Shown here in pieces: positions 51,812 to 64,000 of a stretch of DNA of 64,000 bases. Position numbers and translations under genes: made by a program. Numbering within the stretch: position 1 is the stretch's first letter; every line of letters begins with the position of its first letter. The notes under the pieces were generated by a model. That model worked only from the letters and a program-made list of their open reading frames with translations, was not told the origin of the DNA and made no database searches. The DNA lies in the NCBI GenBank assembly GCA_963806225.1, contig CAWDXG010000004.1, positions 2,912,001 to 2,976,000 of the forward strand, written 5' to 3'. Origin of the DNA: an uncultured delta proteobacterium. Lineage in GTDB: Bacteria; Myxococcota_A; Polyangia; Polyangiales; Polyangiaceae.

Positions 51812-52309
51812 TCAATGCGCGTCGAACAGCTCCGCCTGCACGGGCTCACCGAGCTTGCGACGGAGGGCAACGCTCTGGAAGAACGGCGGCCCCCGCGCGG
51901 GCGCGAGCGCGGGCGGCTCGGTGGGCTCGCCGAGCCAGCGGAGGTAGCGGCGGATGCCGGCGGCGGTGATCACCAGCGCGCGCGTTTTCAAGCGTCCGCC
52001 GCACTTGCTGCAGCGCTCGACCTCGATGCGGAAGGAGCGCTTCAAGAGCTCCGCCCACGGGCGATAACCCGAGCGATGCGTGGCCGGCTTGGCCTTCCTG
52101 GCGGTGCACCTCGCGCACTCGTCGTCGCTGCCTGTTTCCGGTGGCAGCGGCGGCACGACGCGCGCGCGCCACGTGCTCGCGGCCGCGAGCACGCCGGCGG
52201 CGGCGTAGAGCGTGCATAGGTTATCGCGGACCACGCGGTAGAGCGCGCTCGCCTCCGGGCGGCGGCGCGCGTACGTCGGACTCGCGATCGCGACCGGTGC
52301 AGCGGACAC
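51812..52309 (-). mobile_element. Internally deleted IS91-family transposase (N- and C-termini joined in frame)
   Basis: YARRRPEASALYRVVRDNL joined to AGVLAAASTWRARVVP...WAELLKRSFRIEVERCSKCGGRL...PARGPP. Confidence 0.8.
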
Positions 52310-52584
52310 GGCGCGCGCGTGCGCAAGCGGCGTGCCGGAGCGGCCGGGCCGTGATCTCCGCTACTTCGCGCTCGCGGCAGGGTGGCGGCGCCACGCTCTG
52401 CCGGTGGCGACCGCCAGATACACGCACTCATCTGCGTGGGGCCCCCGGCTGGGCGAAGCCCGGCCTTGGCGGGCCCGCGGCGCGCGACCAGCGCGCCGCA
52501 CCGTGAAACGGCGCCGAGCGTGCGGGGCACCCCCACCGCCGCTGTCATGTCAGCAGTCGCACGACGCGGCGACGTCGCGACGCC

Positions 52585-53398
52585 CTACCGCCCTCCCCCT
52601 GCCGACAGGCTCCGCACGATCCGCCGCTGGAACACGAGCACGGCGACGGCGACGGGCAGCGTGGCGACGATCGCCGCGGCGAGGATCTGCCCCCACGGCA
52701 CCTGGTAGCGGCCGCTGAGCAGCGCGATGGCAACCGGCACGGTCTGCCGCTCTGGGCCGAGCGTGAAGGACAGGGCGAACAGGAACTCGTTCCAGGCGTA
52801 GACGAAGGTCAGGATGGCGGTCGTGGCGATGCCGGGCAGCGCGAGCGGCAAAACGACTTCGAACAGAGCGCGCAGGCGGCTCGCGCCGTCGATCCACGCG
52901 GCTTCTTCCAGCGCGACCGGAAGCTGGCGGAAGTAGCCGTAGAGCAACCACACCGTGAGCGGCATCGCAAAGGTGAGGTACGGCAGCACCAGTCCCGGGT
53001 AGGTGTCGATGAGGCCGACCTTGCGTAGCATCAGGTACAGCGGCGACACGATCGAGATCTGCGGGAACATGCCGATGGCGAGGATGGCCGTGGCAACGAG
53101 CTTGCGGCCGCGGAACCTGCAGGCGCGCCAGCGCGTAGGCGCAAAGCGTGCCCAGCACGACGCTGAGCAGCGTGGTGGCGCTGGCGACGACGAGCGAGTT
53201 CTTGATGGGGAGCCAGAAGCTGCGCCCGCTGAACAGGGCGCGGTAGTGCTCGAGCGAGAATCCGCGCGGAAAGAGCGACGGCGCGGAGAACAGCTCGGCT
53301 TCCGGGCGGAAGCTCGAGACCAGCGCGAAGTAGAGCGGCAGCACCAGCACGACGCCGAGCAGCACGAGGCCCGCGGCCCGGAGCGCACGCCTGTTCAC
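52585..53398 (-). CDS. Carbohydrate ABC transporter permease (MalG-like), frameshift near 53120
   Basis: LEEAAWIDGAS EAA loop; AWNEFLFA; GTGA overlap with the upstream gene. Confidence 0.9.
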
Positions 53399-55623
53399 GA
53401 CTCCCCCGCTTCCGGCGCAAGCAGTCGCACGTAGCCGAGCGCCAGGCCGAACGCGATCACGAACACGATCACGCCCAGCGCCGAGCCGTAGCCGAAACGC
53501 AGGTGGTCGAGCAGTGTGTCGAAGGTGTAGAGGGCGACCGGCTCCGTCGCGGTGCCGGGGCCGCCGCCGGTCAGCACGTAGACCAGATCGAAGACGCGCA
53601 GCGCGTCGAGCGTGCGGAACACCAGCGCGACGGCGATCGCCGGGCGCAGGAGTGGCAGCGTGATGTTCCAGAGGCGCGACCACGCGCCTGCGCCATCGAT
53701 GCGCGCCGCCTCGTACAGCTGCTCGTCGATGGTCGTGAGCCCGGCCAGGAGCAGCAGCGCGACGAAGGGCGTGGTCTTCCACACGTCGGCGAGCACGAGC
53801 GGCACCCAGGCTGCGATCGGATGCGAAAGCCAGTCGATGCCGGGCAGCCCGACAAGTTCGAGAAGCTGGCTCGCGACGGCGTGGTCGGAGGCGAACATGA
53901 AGCGCCACACCAGTGCGGCCACCACCGTCGGGATCGCCCAGGGCAACAGGGCAACAGCGCGCAGCGGCCCGCGGCCGCGCACCGCGCGGGAGAGCACGAG
54001 CGCGATGCCAAGACCGAGCACCAGCTCGAGCGAGACGCTGAGCCCGGCGAACAGCGCGGTGCGCCCGAGCGCGCCCCAGAAGCGCGCGTTCGAGAGTGCG
54101 AGGGCGTAGTTGTCGAGCCCGACGAAGGGCTGGCCGCGCCACGGCAGGCGCAGATCGTGGGTGTGCAGCGACTCCCAGCCGGCCCACAAGAGCGGGAACA
54201 CCGCGACGGCGGCGATGACACCGAGCGCCGGCGCCATCAGCGGCCAGGCGAGGCGCGCGTCGCGGCCGGGTTCCGCGGCGCGCCGACGCCGCAACAGCGC
54301 GAAGACGCCGCCCGCCAGCAGCAGCAACACGAGCAGCCGCACGATCCACGTCGCGAGAGGCGGCGCGCGCGCTCCATGTCGGGCATCGTCCTGGATGCGG
54401 CGCATGTGCGCGGCGGCGTCGGCGAGCGCGGCGCGCGGCGTCTTCTGGCCGGAGAGCGCGTTGGAGAGATCGACGGAGAGCGCACCCGACAGCTCGCTCC
54501 ACAGCGGCGTGGGCGGACGCGGGCGCGCGTGATCGATGATCGCGCGCACGTCCTCCGGCGGCATGGGCAACGCGCGGGCGAGCTCCGGCGTGTCGTAGAG
54601 CGCGCGGCGCGCGGGCAGCTGGCCGGCGACGCGCGCGCGCTCCAGCATCTGCGCGGGCGCGGTGAGAAAGCGGACGAGCTGCCACGCCTCGGTGGGATGG
54701 CGTGTGTTCGCGTTGATGGCGAGCGCCGCGCCGCCGAGCGCGGCTGTCGGAGTCCCGCCCGGCGCGGCGGGCATGGGCGCCACGGCGTAGTGGCCGCGCA
54801 CGCGCGTGCTCCCCTGCCCCATCAGTGCGTAGGCATAGGGCCAGTTGCGCATCAGCGCGGCACGGCCGTTCTGGAAGGCGAAGCGGGTCTGCTCCTCGTG
54901 ATAGCCGAGCACCGCGCGCGGCGAGCCGTGGCCCACTAGATCCTTCAGGAAGGTCAGAGCGCGCACGCCAGCCCCGGAGTCGACGGTGATGCGCCCGCTG
55001 TCATCCGAAATGCGCCCGCCGTAGCCGCCGAGCACCTCCTGGAACACGGTGACGAGCCCCTCGTAGCGCGCGCCCTGCCACACGAAGCCCTGCGGGTAGC
55101 CCGTCGTCTGGGCGTGCTCGGCGTCACGGCGGAGCTCCGCAAGGCTCGCCGGCGCCGACGGAAACATGTCGGTCCGGTAGTACAGCATGCCGACGTCCAC
55201 GAACCACGGCATCGCGTACAATTTGTTGTGGTAGCGGTCTGCCTGGACTGCGGCCGGGAAGAAGTTGCGCGTGTCCGGATGGAAGCGCTCGAGCGGCAGG
55301 ATCCAGCCCGCCGCGGCAAACTCGGGCGCCCAGATCACGTCGATCGACAGCACATCGGGCGCGCTCGCTTTCGCGTTCAGCCACTGCACGTACAGCTGGT
55401 GGCGCTGATCGGCCGAGTCGGGCGTCACCTGCTCCACAACACGGATGTGCGGATGCTGCCGCATGAAGCGCGCGAGCTGGGTGTGCAGCACCTTCGCCTC
55501 GGCGCCGACGGCGCTGCCCGGGAACACCAGCGTGACGCGCTGGTCGGAAGCTGGAGCCCCGCCGCAGCCACCAATCAAGAGCAGCTGCAGGACAACCAAC
55601 CAGGCGACCGCGCCGCGCCGCAT
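53395..55623 (-). CDS. Fused sugar-binding lipoprotein and ABC permease (MalE-MalF-like, trehalose/maltose type)
   Basis: LLIGG-C lipobox; DVIWAPEFAAAGW, YEGLV, MRNWPYAY; C-terminal TMs with LYEAARIDGA. Confidence 0.9.
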   Translation of the reverse strand: MRRGAVAWLVVLQLLLIGGCGGAPASDQRVTLVFPGSAVGAEAKVLHTQLARFMRQHPHIRVVEQVTPDSADQRHQLYVQWLNAKASAPDVLSIDVIWAPEFAAAGWILPLERFHPDTRNFFPAAVQADRYHNKLYAMPWFVDVGMLYYRTDMFPSAPASLAELRRDAEHAQTTGYPQGFVWQGARYEGLVTVFQEVLGGYGGRISDDSGRITVDSGAGVRALTFLKDLVGHGSPRAVLGYHEEQTRFAFQNGRAALMRNWPYAYALMGQGSTRVRGHYAVAPMPAAPGGTPTAALGGAALAINANTRHPTEAWQLVRFLTAPAQMLERARVAGQLPARRALYDTPELARALPMPPEDVRAIIDHARPRPPTPLWSELSGALSVDLSNALSGQKTPRAALADAAAHMRRIQDDARHGARAPPLATWIVRLLVLLLLAGGVFALLRRRRAAEPGRDARLAWPLMAPALGVIAAVAVFPLLWAGWESLHTHDLRLPWRGQPFVGLDNYALALSNARFWGALGRTALFAGLSVSLELVLGLGIALVLSRAVRGRGPLRAVALLPWAIPTVVAALVWRFMFASDHAVASQLLELVGLPGIDWLSHPIAAWVPLVLADVWKTTPFVALLLLAGLTTIDEQLYEAARIDGAGAWSRLWNITLPLLRPAIAVALVFRTLDALRVFDLVYVLTGGGPGTATEPVALYTFDTLLDHLRFGYGSALGVIVFVIAFGLALGYVRLLAPEAGES

Positions 55624-55708
55624 CCCCCGAGTGTCGGCACGGCAGCGCGGGGGTCAAGCATCCTGCCAGAACTACATTCGCTATCTTGACAATCCGTACT
55701 GAAGTAGG

Positions 55709-56926
55709 GTGCAAGGATGGGAAACCCGCCGGACCTCGCACCTCCCGAGCCGACCAAAATCTACGGCAAAGACCCTAGCCGTGGTCCTGCTCGTGGTCGC
55801 ACTCGTCTGCGTGATCCTGAACACGGTGGTGTGGCTGGTCTTGATGAACACGCCGTACACGAAGCAAGAAATGTGGTTCATCCTCTTCACGGCGCTCGCC
55901 GTGATGCAGCTGTCCGCTGGCCTGGTCGCGGGGATCGCGTTCATCGTGGCCGTGCGTCGAGCGCAGGGCATCGGCACGACTCGCGGGGTCCTCGGCTCGG
56001 TGCTCGGGTTCCTGCTCGCAGTCGGCGCGCCCGTCGGCTGGGTCCTCGGTTGCGCAGCACAGGTATTGGCGGCGTTCGGATCCGGAGGCGCGTGGGGGCG
56101 GCCCTTGCGCGTGCGCGGGCGGCAGCTGCACCCGTCGCTCCGTGAAGGCAGCGACTGGACGGAGGGCGAGCGCCCCGACCCGAGCGGGCTCGACGAGGAC
56201 ACGCGCCGCGCGCTCGAAGCGCTGTGGCTGCACGACGCGCAGAAGGAGCACGCCTCCGTGCCGGCTTTCTCCCGCGTGTCGTGGCTGCTGGCGGCCGTGG
56301 GCGCGCCCGCCGAGCTGACCGAATGGACCCACCGCGCAGCGCTGGAGGAGATCGATCACACGCGTCGCTGCTTCGCGCTGGCGGCCGGTTACAGCGGCCG
56401 CTCGCATACGGTCGAGGCGATGCCCGACCTCTTGCTCGGCGGGCTCGATTGCCGCGCCGATCCGCTCGTAACGCTGGCGGTGGAGAGCCTCTCCGACGGC
56501 TGCCAGCTCGAGGACTTCAACGCCAACGTCGCCGCCGAGTGCGCGAGCGTGTGCGCGGAGCCCACAACGCGCGGCGTGCTCGAGCAGATCGCGCGCGAGG
56601 AACGCTCGCATGCGGAGCTTTCCTGGGCACTGCTCGAGTGGCTGGTGCGGGAGCGGGGGAGCCAGGTGCGTGGAACGATCGCCGAGGCGCTGGCGGACCT
56701 CGAGCGCTACCCGCGCCCGACGGCGGTCAGCAGCGAAAAGCGCCGCCTCGTCGCGCGCGCCGACCCGGAAAAGCTCCGCGCCCACGGGCGCATTCCCGAC
56801 GAACGCTGGGCGGCGCTGTGGGACGCACGGCTCATCGAAACCCGCGCCCGCGTCGGCCAGCTACTCGACGAACCGGCTCGCGGCGGCCGGCAGGACGCGG
56901 CGCAGCAGGCTGCCGCGCCGTTGTGA
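55709..56926 (+). CDS. Membrane-anchored ferritin-like domain protein
   Basis: Three N-terminal TMs; GRPLRV; EHASVPAF, EEIDH, DGCQLE, EERSH; the true start may be ATG 55717 with a frameshift. Confidence 0.85.
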   Translation: MQGWETRRTSHLPSRPKSTAKTLAVVLLVVALVCVILNTVVWLVLMNTPYTKQEMWFILFTALAVMQLSAGLVAGIAFIVAVRRAQGIGTTRGVLGSVLGFLLAVGAPVGWVLGCAAQVLAAFGSGGAWGRPLRVRGRQLHPSLREGSDWTEGERPDPSGLDEDTRRALEALWLHDAQKEHASVPAFSRVSWLLAAVGAPAELTEWTHRAALEEIDHTRRCFALAAGYSGRSHTVEAMPDLLLGGLDCRADPLVTLAVESLSDGCQLEDFNANVAAECASVCAEPTTRGVLEQIAREERSHAELSWALLEWLVRERGSQVRGTIAEALADLERYPRPTAVSSEKRRLVARADPEKLRAHGRIPDERWAALWDARLIETRARVGQLLDEPARGGRQDAAQQAAAPL

Positions 56927-56932
56927 TAGCCC

Positions 56933-60271
<3,339 letters not shown>

Positions 60272-60354
60272 GTGCTCCCGTCACTGACAGAACCCGACTG
60301 GGGCGTCCAGCCCGCCGGATGGCAGGTGGCGCACCCATCCGGCATTTTCGCGAG

Positions 60355-60711
60355 CTAGCGCCGTTTCACGAGGCGCGCGGCGGCCCCGACCACGCTGGCC
60401 CAGGTGGCGAACTGGGCGCGGGGCAGCTCGCGCCGGGTCCGGTCCATGTCCTGGTCGGGCACGTCGACGAACAGGAACGGCACCGTGCGCAGCCGCGCCT
60501 GCGTCGACATCCAGCGGGCGGTGGCGCGGCCGTGCGAGGGTGACCGTCCGCCGTCCACGATCACCAGATCGGGCCGGCTTCGGGACAGGTCGGGCTTGCA
60601 CTCGGGCCAGCGCGGCTCGACCGGCCGGACCTCGTGTCCGGCAGCGCGCAGGGCTTCGAGCTCCTGGGCTCGATCACCGCTGCTCATCATCAGAACCAGG
60701 ATGCTGGCCAT
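60355..60711 (-). CDS. Atypical single-domain response regulator (receiver fold)
   Basis: RPDLVIVD and LRTVPFLFV motifs; N-terminal acidic pair and conserved Lys absent. Confidence 0.6.
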   Translation of the reverse strand: MASILVLMMSSGDRAQELEALRAAGHEVRPVEPRWPECKPDLSRSRPDLVIVDGGRSPSHGRATARWMSTQARLRTVPFLFVDVPDQDMDRTRRELPRAQFATWASVVGAAARLVKRR

Positions 60712-60840
60712 CGCCCGGGCCGGAAACCTAGCCGCCGGAAAGCCCGCTCCACAAGCGGCGCCGGCGAGGGGGGGTGCGTCCGTTCAGGTAGACGTAGGGC
60801 GGGGCCGTGGGCCAGCATCCAGCAGCCGGTGGCGGCGCGC

Positions 60841-60870
60841 TTGACGGCGCGGGCCGCTTCCGTCATAAGT
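60841..60870 (+). promoter_or_regulatory. Sigma70 promoter candidate for rpmI-rplT-pheS
   Basis: TTGACG-N17-CATAAG. Confidence 0.55.
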
Positions 60871-60964
60871 CCGCGCTCTCCGGCGTGCTCGCGGGTCGCG
60901 AGCCCTGCCCCGGCTCCGGGGCCATACCGGAGCCGCCCTTCCCGGGCCGCACTGGAGTGGATCC

Positions 60965-61162
60965 ATGCCCAAGATGAAGACCAATCGCGCTGCCAAGAAG
61001 CGCTTCAAGCTCACCGGAACCGGTCGCGTGCGTCGCCCCAAGTGCGGCGCGCAGCACGGTTTCATCGGCAAGTCGCGTAAGCGCCGTCGTCGCCTGCGCG
61101 ACATGGACATGGTGGCCCCCGAGTTCGAGAAGCGCATCAAGCTCCTTCTGCCGTACGGCTGA
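60965..61162 (+). CDS. rpmI: 50S ribosomal protein L35
   Basis: MPKMKTNRAAKKRFKLTGTG...LLPYG. Confidence 0.98.
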   Translation: MPKMKTNRAAKKRFKLTGTGRVRRPKCGAQHGFIGKSRKRRRRLRDMDMVAPEFEKRIKLLLPYG

Positions 61163-61186
61163 AGAGAGGCGTAGAGGAGTAGACAG

Positions 61187-61540
61187 ATGTCGCGCGTGAA
61201 GAGAGGCCCGTCGCCCCGTCGTCGTCACAAGCGCGTATTCGCGCAGACGAAAGGTTTCTGGGGTGGTCGCAAGAACCGCTATCGTCAGTCGATCCGCGTG
61301 CTGTGGAAGTCGTGGCAGTATGCCTACGTCGGCCGCAAGCTGAAGAAGCGCGATTACCGCCGGCTGTGGATCGTGCGCATCAACGCGGCCTGCCGCGAGA
61401 ATGGCACCACCTATTCGCGACTGATGGGCGCGCTGAAGAAGAGCGGCGTGGAGCTCGACCGCAAGGTGCTCGCCGACATGGCCGTCAACGACGCGGCCAC
61501 GTTCAAGCAGCTCGCCGAGCTGGCCGCCGCAACCGGCTAG
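61187..61540 (+). CDS. rplT: 50S ribosomal protein L20
   Basis: MSRVKRG...KKRDYRRLWIVRINAA...LDRKVLADMA. Confidence 0.98.
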   Translation: MSRVKRGPSPRRRHKRVFAQTKGFWGGRKNRYRQSIRVLWKSWQYAYVGRKLKKRDYRRLWIVRINAACRENGTTYSRLMGALKKSGVELDRKVLADMAVNDAATFKQLAELAAATG

Positions 61541-61549
61541 CCTCGGGCC

Positions 61550-62626
61550 GTGTCCGATCCCGCGCAGCAGATCGAAGCGGGCCTCGCCGCCCTCGGCCAG
61601 CGCTTCCGCGAGCGTTTCGCCGCGGCGGAAAGCGAGCCCGATCTGCGCGCAGCCCGCGCCGCGGTGCTGGGCAAGAAGGGGGAGCTGACCAGCCTGCTCA
61701 AGCTGATGGGCAAGGTCGGCGCCGACCAGCGCCGCGCCATCGGCGAGAAGGTGAACGCGGTGAAAGGGGACGTGGAGGCGGCGTTCGAGGCGCGGCTCGC
61801 CGAGCTCGCCCGCGCCGAGCGCGAAGCCGACCTGAACGCGCGCCCGTTCGACCTGACACTGCCGGGGCGCGCCCCGGTGCCGCGCGGGCACCTGCATCCG
61901 TTCACCCAGGTGAAGTGGGAGGTGCTCGACATCTTCCGTTCGCTCGGCTTCGAGATCGCGTGGGGCCCGGAAGTCGAGCTGGAAGAGAACAACTTCACCA
62001 AGCTCGCCTTCCCGCCCGACCATCCCGCGACCGACATGCAGGACACCTTCTGGGTGAAGGTGGAAGGCGGCAAGCCGGACGCGCGCGTGCTCCTCCGCAC
62101 GCACACCAGCAACGTGCAGGTGCGCGAGATGAGCACGCACGAGCCGCCGATGGCGATCGTCAGCGGCGGCACGGTGTATCGCCGGGACGACGACGTGACG
62201 CACTCGCCCATGTTCCACCAGATCGAGGGTTTCCTCGTCGACGAGAACGTGAGCTTCGCGCACCTCAAGGGCGTCTTGACGGCATTCGCGGAGCGGCTCT
62301 ACGGCGCAGGCACGCCGGTGCGCTTCCGCCCGAGCTACTTCCCGTTCGTGGAGCCGGGCGCGGAACTGGACGTGGGCTGCGTCTTCTGCAAGCCGGACGA
62401 CGGCTCGCGCGCGAGCTGCCGGGTGTGCAAGGGCACCGGTTGGCTCGAGATCCTCGGCTGCGGCATGGTGCACCCGGACGTGTTCGTGCACTGCGGCATC
62501 GATCCAGAGAAGTACACGGGCTTCGCCTTCGGCATGGGCGTGGAGCGCGTGGCGATGCTCCGCTACGGCATCCCCGACATCCGCGTGCCCTTCGAGAACG
62601 ATCCGCGATTTCTCGCGCAGTTCTAG
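61550..62626 (+). CDS. pheS: Phenylalanyl-tRNA synthetase alpha subunit
   Basis: HPATDMQDTF, LRTHTS, FRPSYFPFVEP, GFAFGMGVER. Confidence 0.98.
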   Translation: MSDPAQQIEAGLAALGQRFRERFAAAESEPDLRAARAAVLGKKGELTSLLKLMGKVGADQRRAIGEKVNAVKGDVEAAFEARLAELARAEREADLNARPFDLTLPGRAPVPRGHLHPFTQVKWEVLDIFRSLGFEIAWGPEVELEENNFTKLAFPPDHPATDMQDTFWVKVEGGKPDARVLLRTHTSNVQVREMSTHEPPMAIVSGGTVYRRDDDVTHSPMFHQIEGFLVDENVSFAHLKGVLTAFAERLYGAGTPVRFRPSYFPFVEPGAELDVGCVFCKPDDGSRASCRVCKGTGWLEILGCGMVHPDVFVHCGIDPEKYTGFAFGMGVERVAMLRYGIPDIRVPFENDPRFLAQF

Positions 62627-64000
62627 AGCCCGATCGTCACCACGCGATCGGCGACCGCCGCCACTTCCTGGCGGTGCGTCACGACGATCGCGCTGCGCTG
62701 TCCCTTGAGCCACGTCAGCACTTCGAGCACTCGCTTCTCGGCCGCGGCGTCGAGGCCCTCCGTGGGTTCGTCGAGCAGGAGCACGGGGAGACCCGTAGCG
62801 AGGGCGCGGGCGATCGAGACGAGGCGGCGCTCGCCGCCGGACAGGGCGCGGCCTCCGGGGCCGAGCGTGGTGTTGCCGAGCGATGCGAGCAGCGCGCCGG
62901 CGCCGATCTGTTCGAGTGCGGCGCGCGCGGTCTTCTCGTCGCCGCCGCACAGGGTGACGTTGTCGAGCAGCGTGCCGGTCACGAGCGGCGCGTCCTGCGG
63001 CACCCAGGCGAACGGGCGCGCGTCGGGGCCGACCGCGGCGTGCGTGATGTCGTCGTCCGCGTAGCCGACGCTTCCGCGCGCGTGCTCGAGCCCCAGCAGC
63101 GTGCGCAGGAGCGTTGTCTTGCCGCTGCCGGTCGGGCCCATCAGGCTCACCATCTCGCCCGGCTCGAGGTGCAGGCTCGTCTCCGGGCCGTGCGTGCCAG
63201 CGCCGAAGTCGCGGAGAGATAGCTGCGACACCGCCTGCGGCCTGCGTGCAGGCGCCGTTGCCCCGGCCTGCTCGAGCCCGACCGGCGCCGGCAGCAGATT
63301 GCCGCCGAGCAGCTCATCAAGGCGCTCCAGCGCCACCGCGCCACGCAGCGTCCACGCGCGCGCGTCGCCCAGATCGCGCAACGGCTTGTACGCCATGAAG
63401 AACACCGCCGCGAACGCCACGAGCCGTCCGTCGCCAAGTGGAAAGCCGAGCCGCGCCGCTATCGCGATCCCGCCGAGCAGAGCGAGCGCGCCAAGCACCT
63501 CGTTCGAGCCGCTCAGGGCGGCGCGCCCGGCGTCCACGCGCGCCGCCGCCCGGGCTGCACGCTCACCGCTCGACGCGACTTCCTGCTCGATGGCCCGGCC
63601 CGCGCCGTAGGAACGCCACAGGTCCAGGTTCTTGATCAGGTCGTCCACGCCGCTGTGCAGCTGTTCGACCAGCCCCTGCGCCTCGGCGCTGGCCGCGCGC
63701 CAGCGCCGCCGCAGCATCGAGATCCCGACGGCGAAAGGAGCCAGTGCCAGAATGCCCAGTAGAGCCAGGGGGGCTGACACGAAGATCAGGGCCAGGACCA
63801 GTGGCACCAGCTGTGCCGCCGCCCGGATGCCGACCAGCACGCCCGAAACACTCGCTCCCTCGACCTCGCGGATCCGCACCGCAATAGTTGCGAGGACCCT
63901 GGGCGGAGAGTCATGCAGGCCGCGCTCGAGCAGGCGCCGCGTGGCCCGCCCCCGGAGCGAGCAGCCGACGAGCCCACCCGCCAGAGCCTCGGAAAATGCA
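62623..64000 (-). CDS. ABC transporter permease/ATP-binding fusion (probably 5'-partial)
   Basis: TM domain; GPTGSGKTT, LSGGERR, LLLDEP, VTH. Confidence 0.88.
   Translation of the reverse strand, partial: AFSEALAGGLVGCSLRGRATRRLLERGLHDSPPRVLATIAVRIREVEGASVSGVLVGIRAAAQLVPLVLALIFVSAPLALLGILALAPFAVGISMLRRRWRAASAEAQGLVEQLHSGVDDLIKNLDLWRSYGAGRAIEQEVASSGERAARAAARVDAGRAALSGSNEVLGALALLGGIAIAARLGFPLGDGRLVAFAAVFFMAYKPLRDLGDARAWTLRGAVALERLDELLGGNLLPAPVGLEQAGATAPARRPQAVSQLSLRDFGAGTHGPETSLHLEPGEMVSLMGPTGSGKTTLLRTLLGLEHARGSVGYADDDITHAAVGPDARPFAWVPQDAPLVTGTLLDNVTLCGGDEKTARAALEQIGAGALLASLGNTTLGPGGRALSGGERRLVSIARALATGLPVLLLDEPTEGLDAAAEKRVLEVLTWLKGQRSAIVVTHRQEVAAVADRVVTIGL

Noticed and set aside
19499..53398. 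Programmed frameshifting or phase variation as the cause of split genes
   Set aside because: No consistent slippery sequence or long homopolymer at the breaks I examined; error or decay is simpler.
52550..54685. 711-aa ORF as a real protein
   Set aside because: Mostly an off-frame shadow of the fused transporter; only the segment from 53398 is the frameshifted permease N-terminus.
55654..55669. Sigma54 promoter for the sugar ABC operon
   Set aside because: Minus-strand TGGCAGGATGCTTGAC has GA instead of the conserved GC at -12.
62378..62440. CxxC...CxxC segment in PheS as a novelty
   Set aside because: A Cys-rich segment at this position is common in bacterial PheS.

Overview
GC-rich window from a myxobacterium, most likely Polyangiaceae/Sorangiineae. 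This is inferred from MYXO-CTERM proteins, many Cys-rich lipoproteins and an ECF/FecR-TPR cluster. The right end is core genome (carB, rpmI-rplT-pheS, an ABC exporter). About 10-52 kb is accessory DNA with Cys-rich surface proteins, a TetR-SDR unit with twin operators, an AbiEii-type toxin-antitoxin pair, IS481-like/IS91/IS4 elements or remnants, a tRNA 3' fragment and many short gene fragments. The best candidate for an undescribed system is the divergent six-gene cluster at 1.2-8.7 kb. Its left arm encodes an 800-aa lipoprotein, a beta-propeller/di-heme c peroxidase-family lipoprotein and a small lipoprotein. Its right arm encodes a ferritin-like di-iron lipoprotein, a cytochrome P460-fold lipoprotein and an outer-membrane barrel. 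A perfect deltaproteobacterial-type Fur box sits at the divergence point, inside the signal-peptide codons of the large gene. A second candidate is a YceI plus cytochrome-porin (Cyc2-like) plus surface cytochrome operon at 40-43 kb. Many accessory genes carry frameshifts, densest at 36-49 kb, which may be assembly errors rather than biology. All family calls come from motif recognition by eye; no database search was run.
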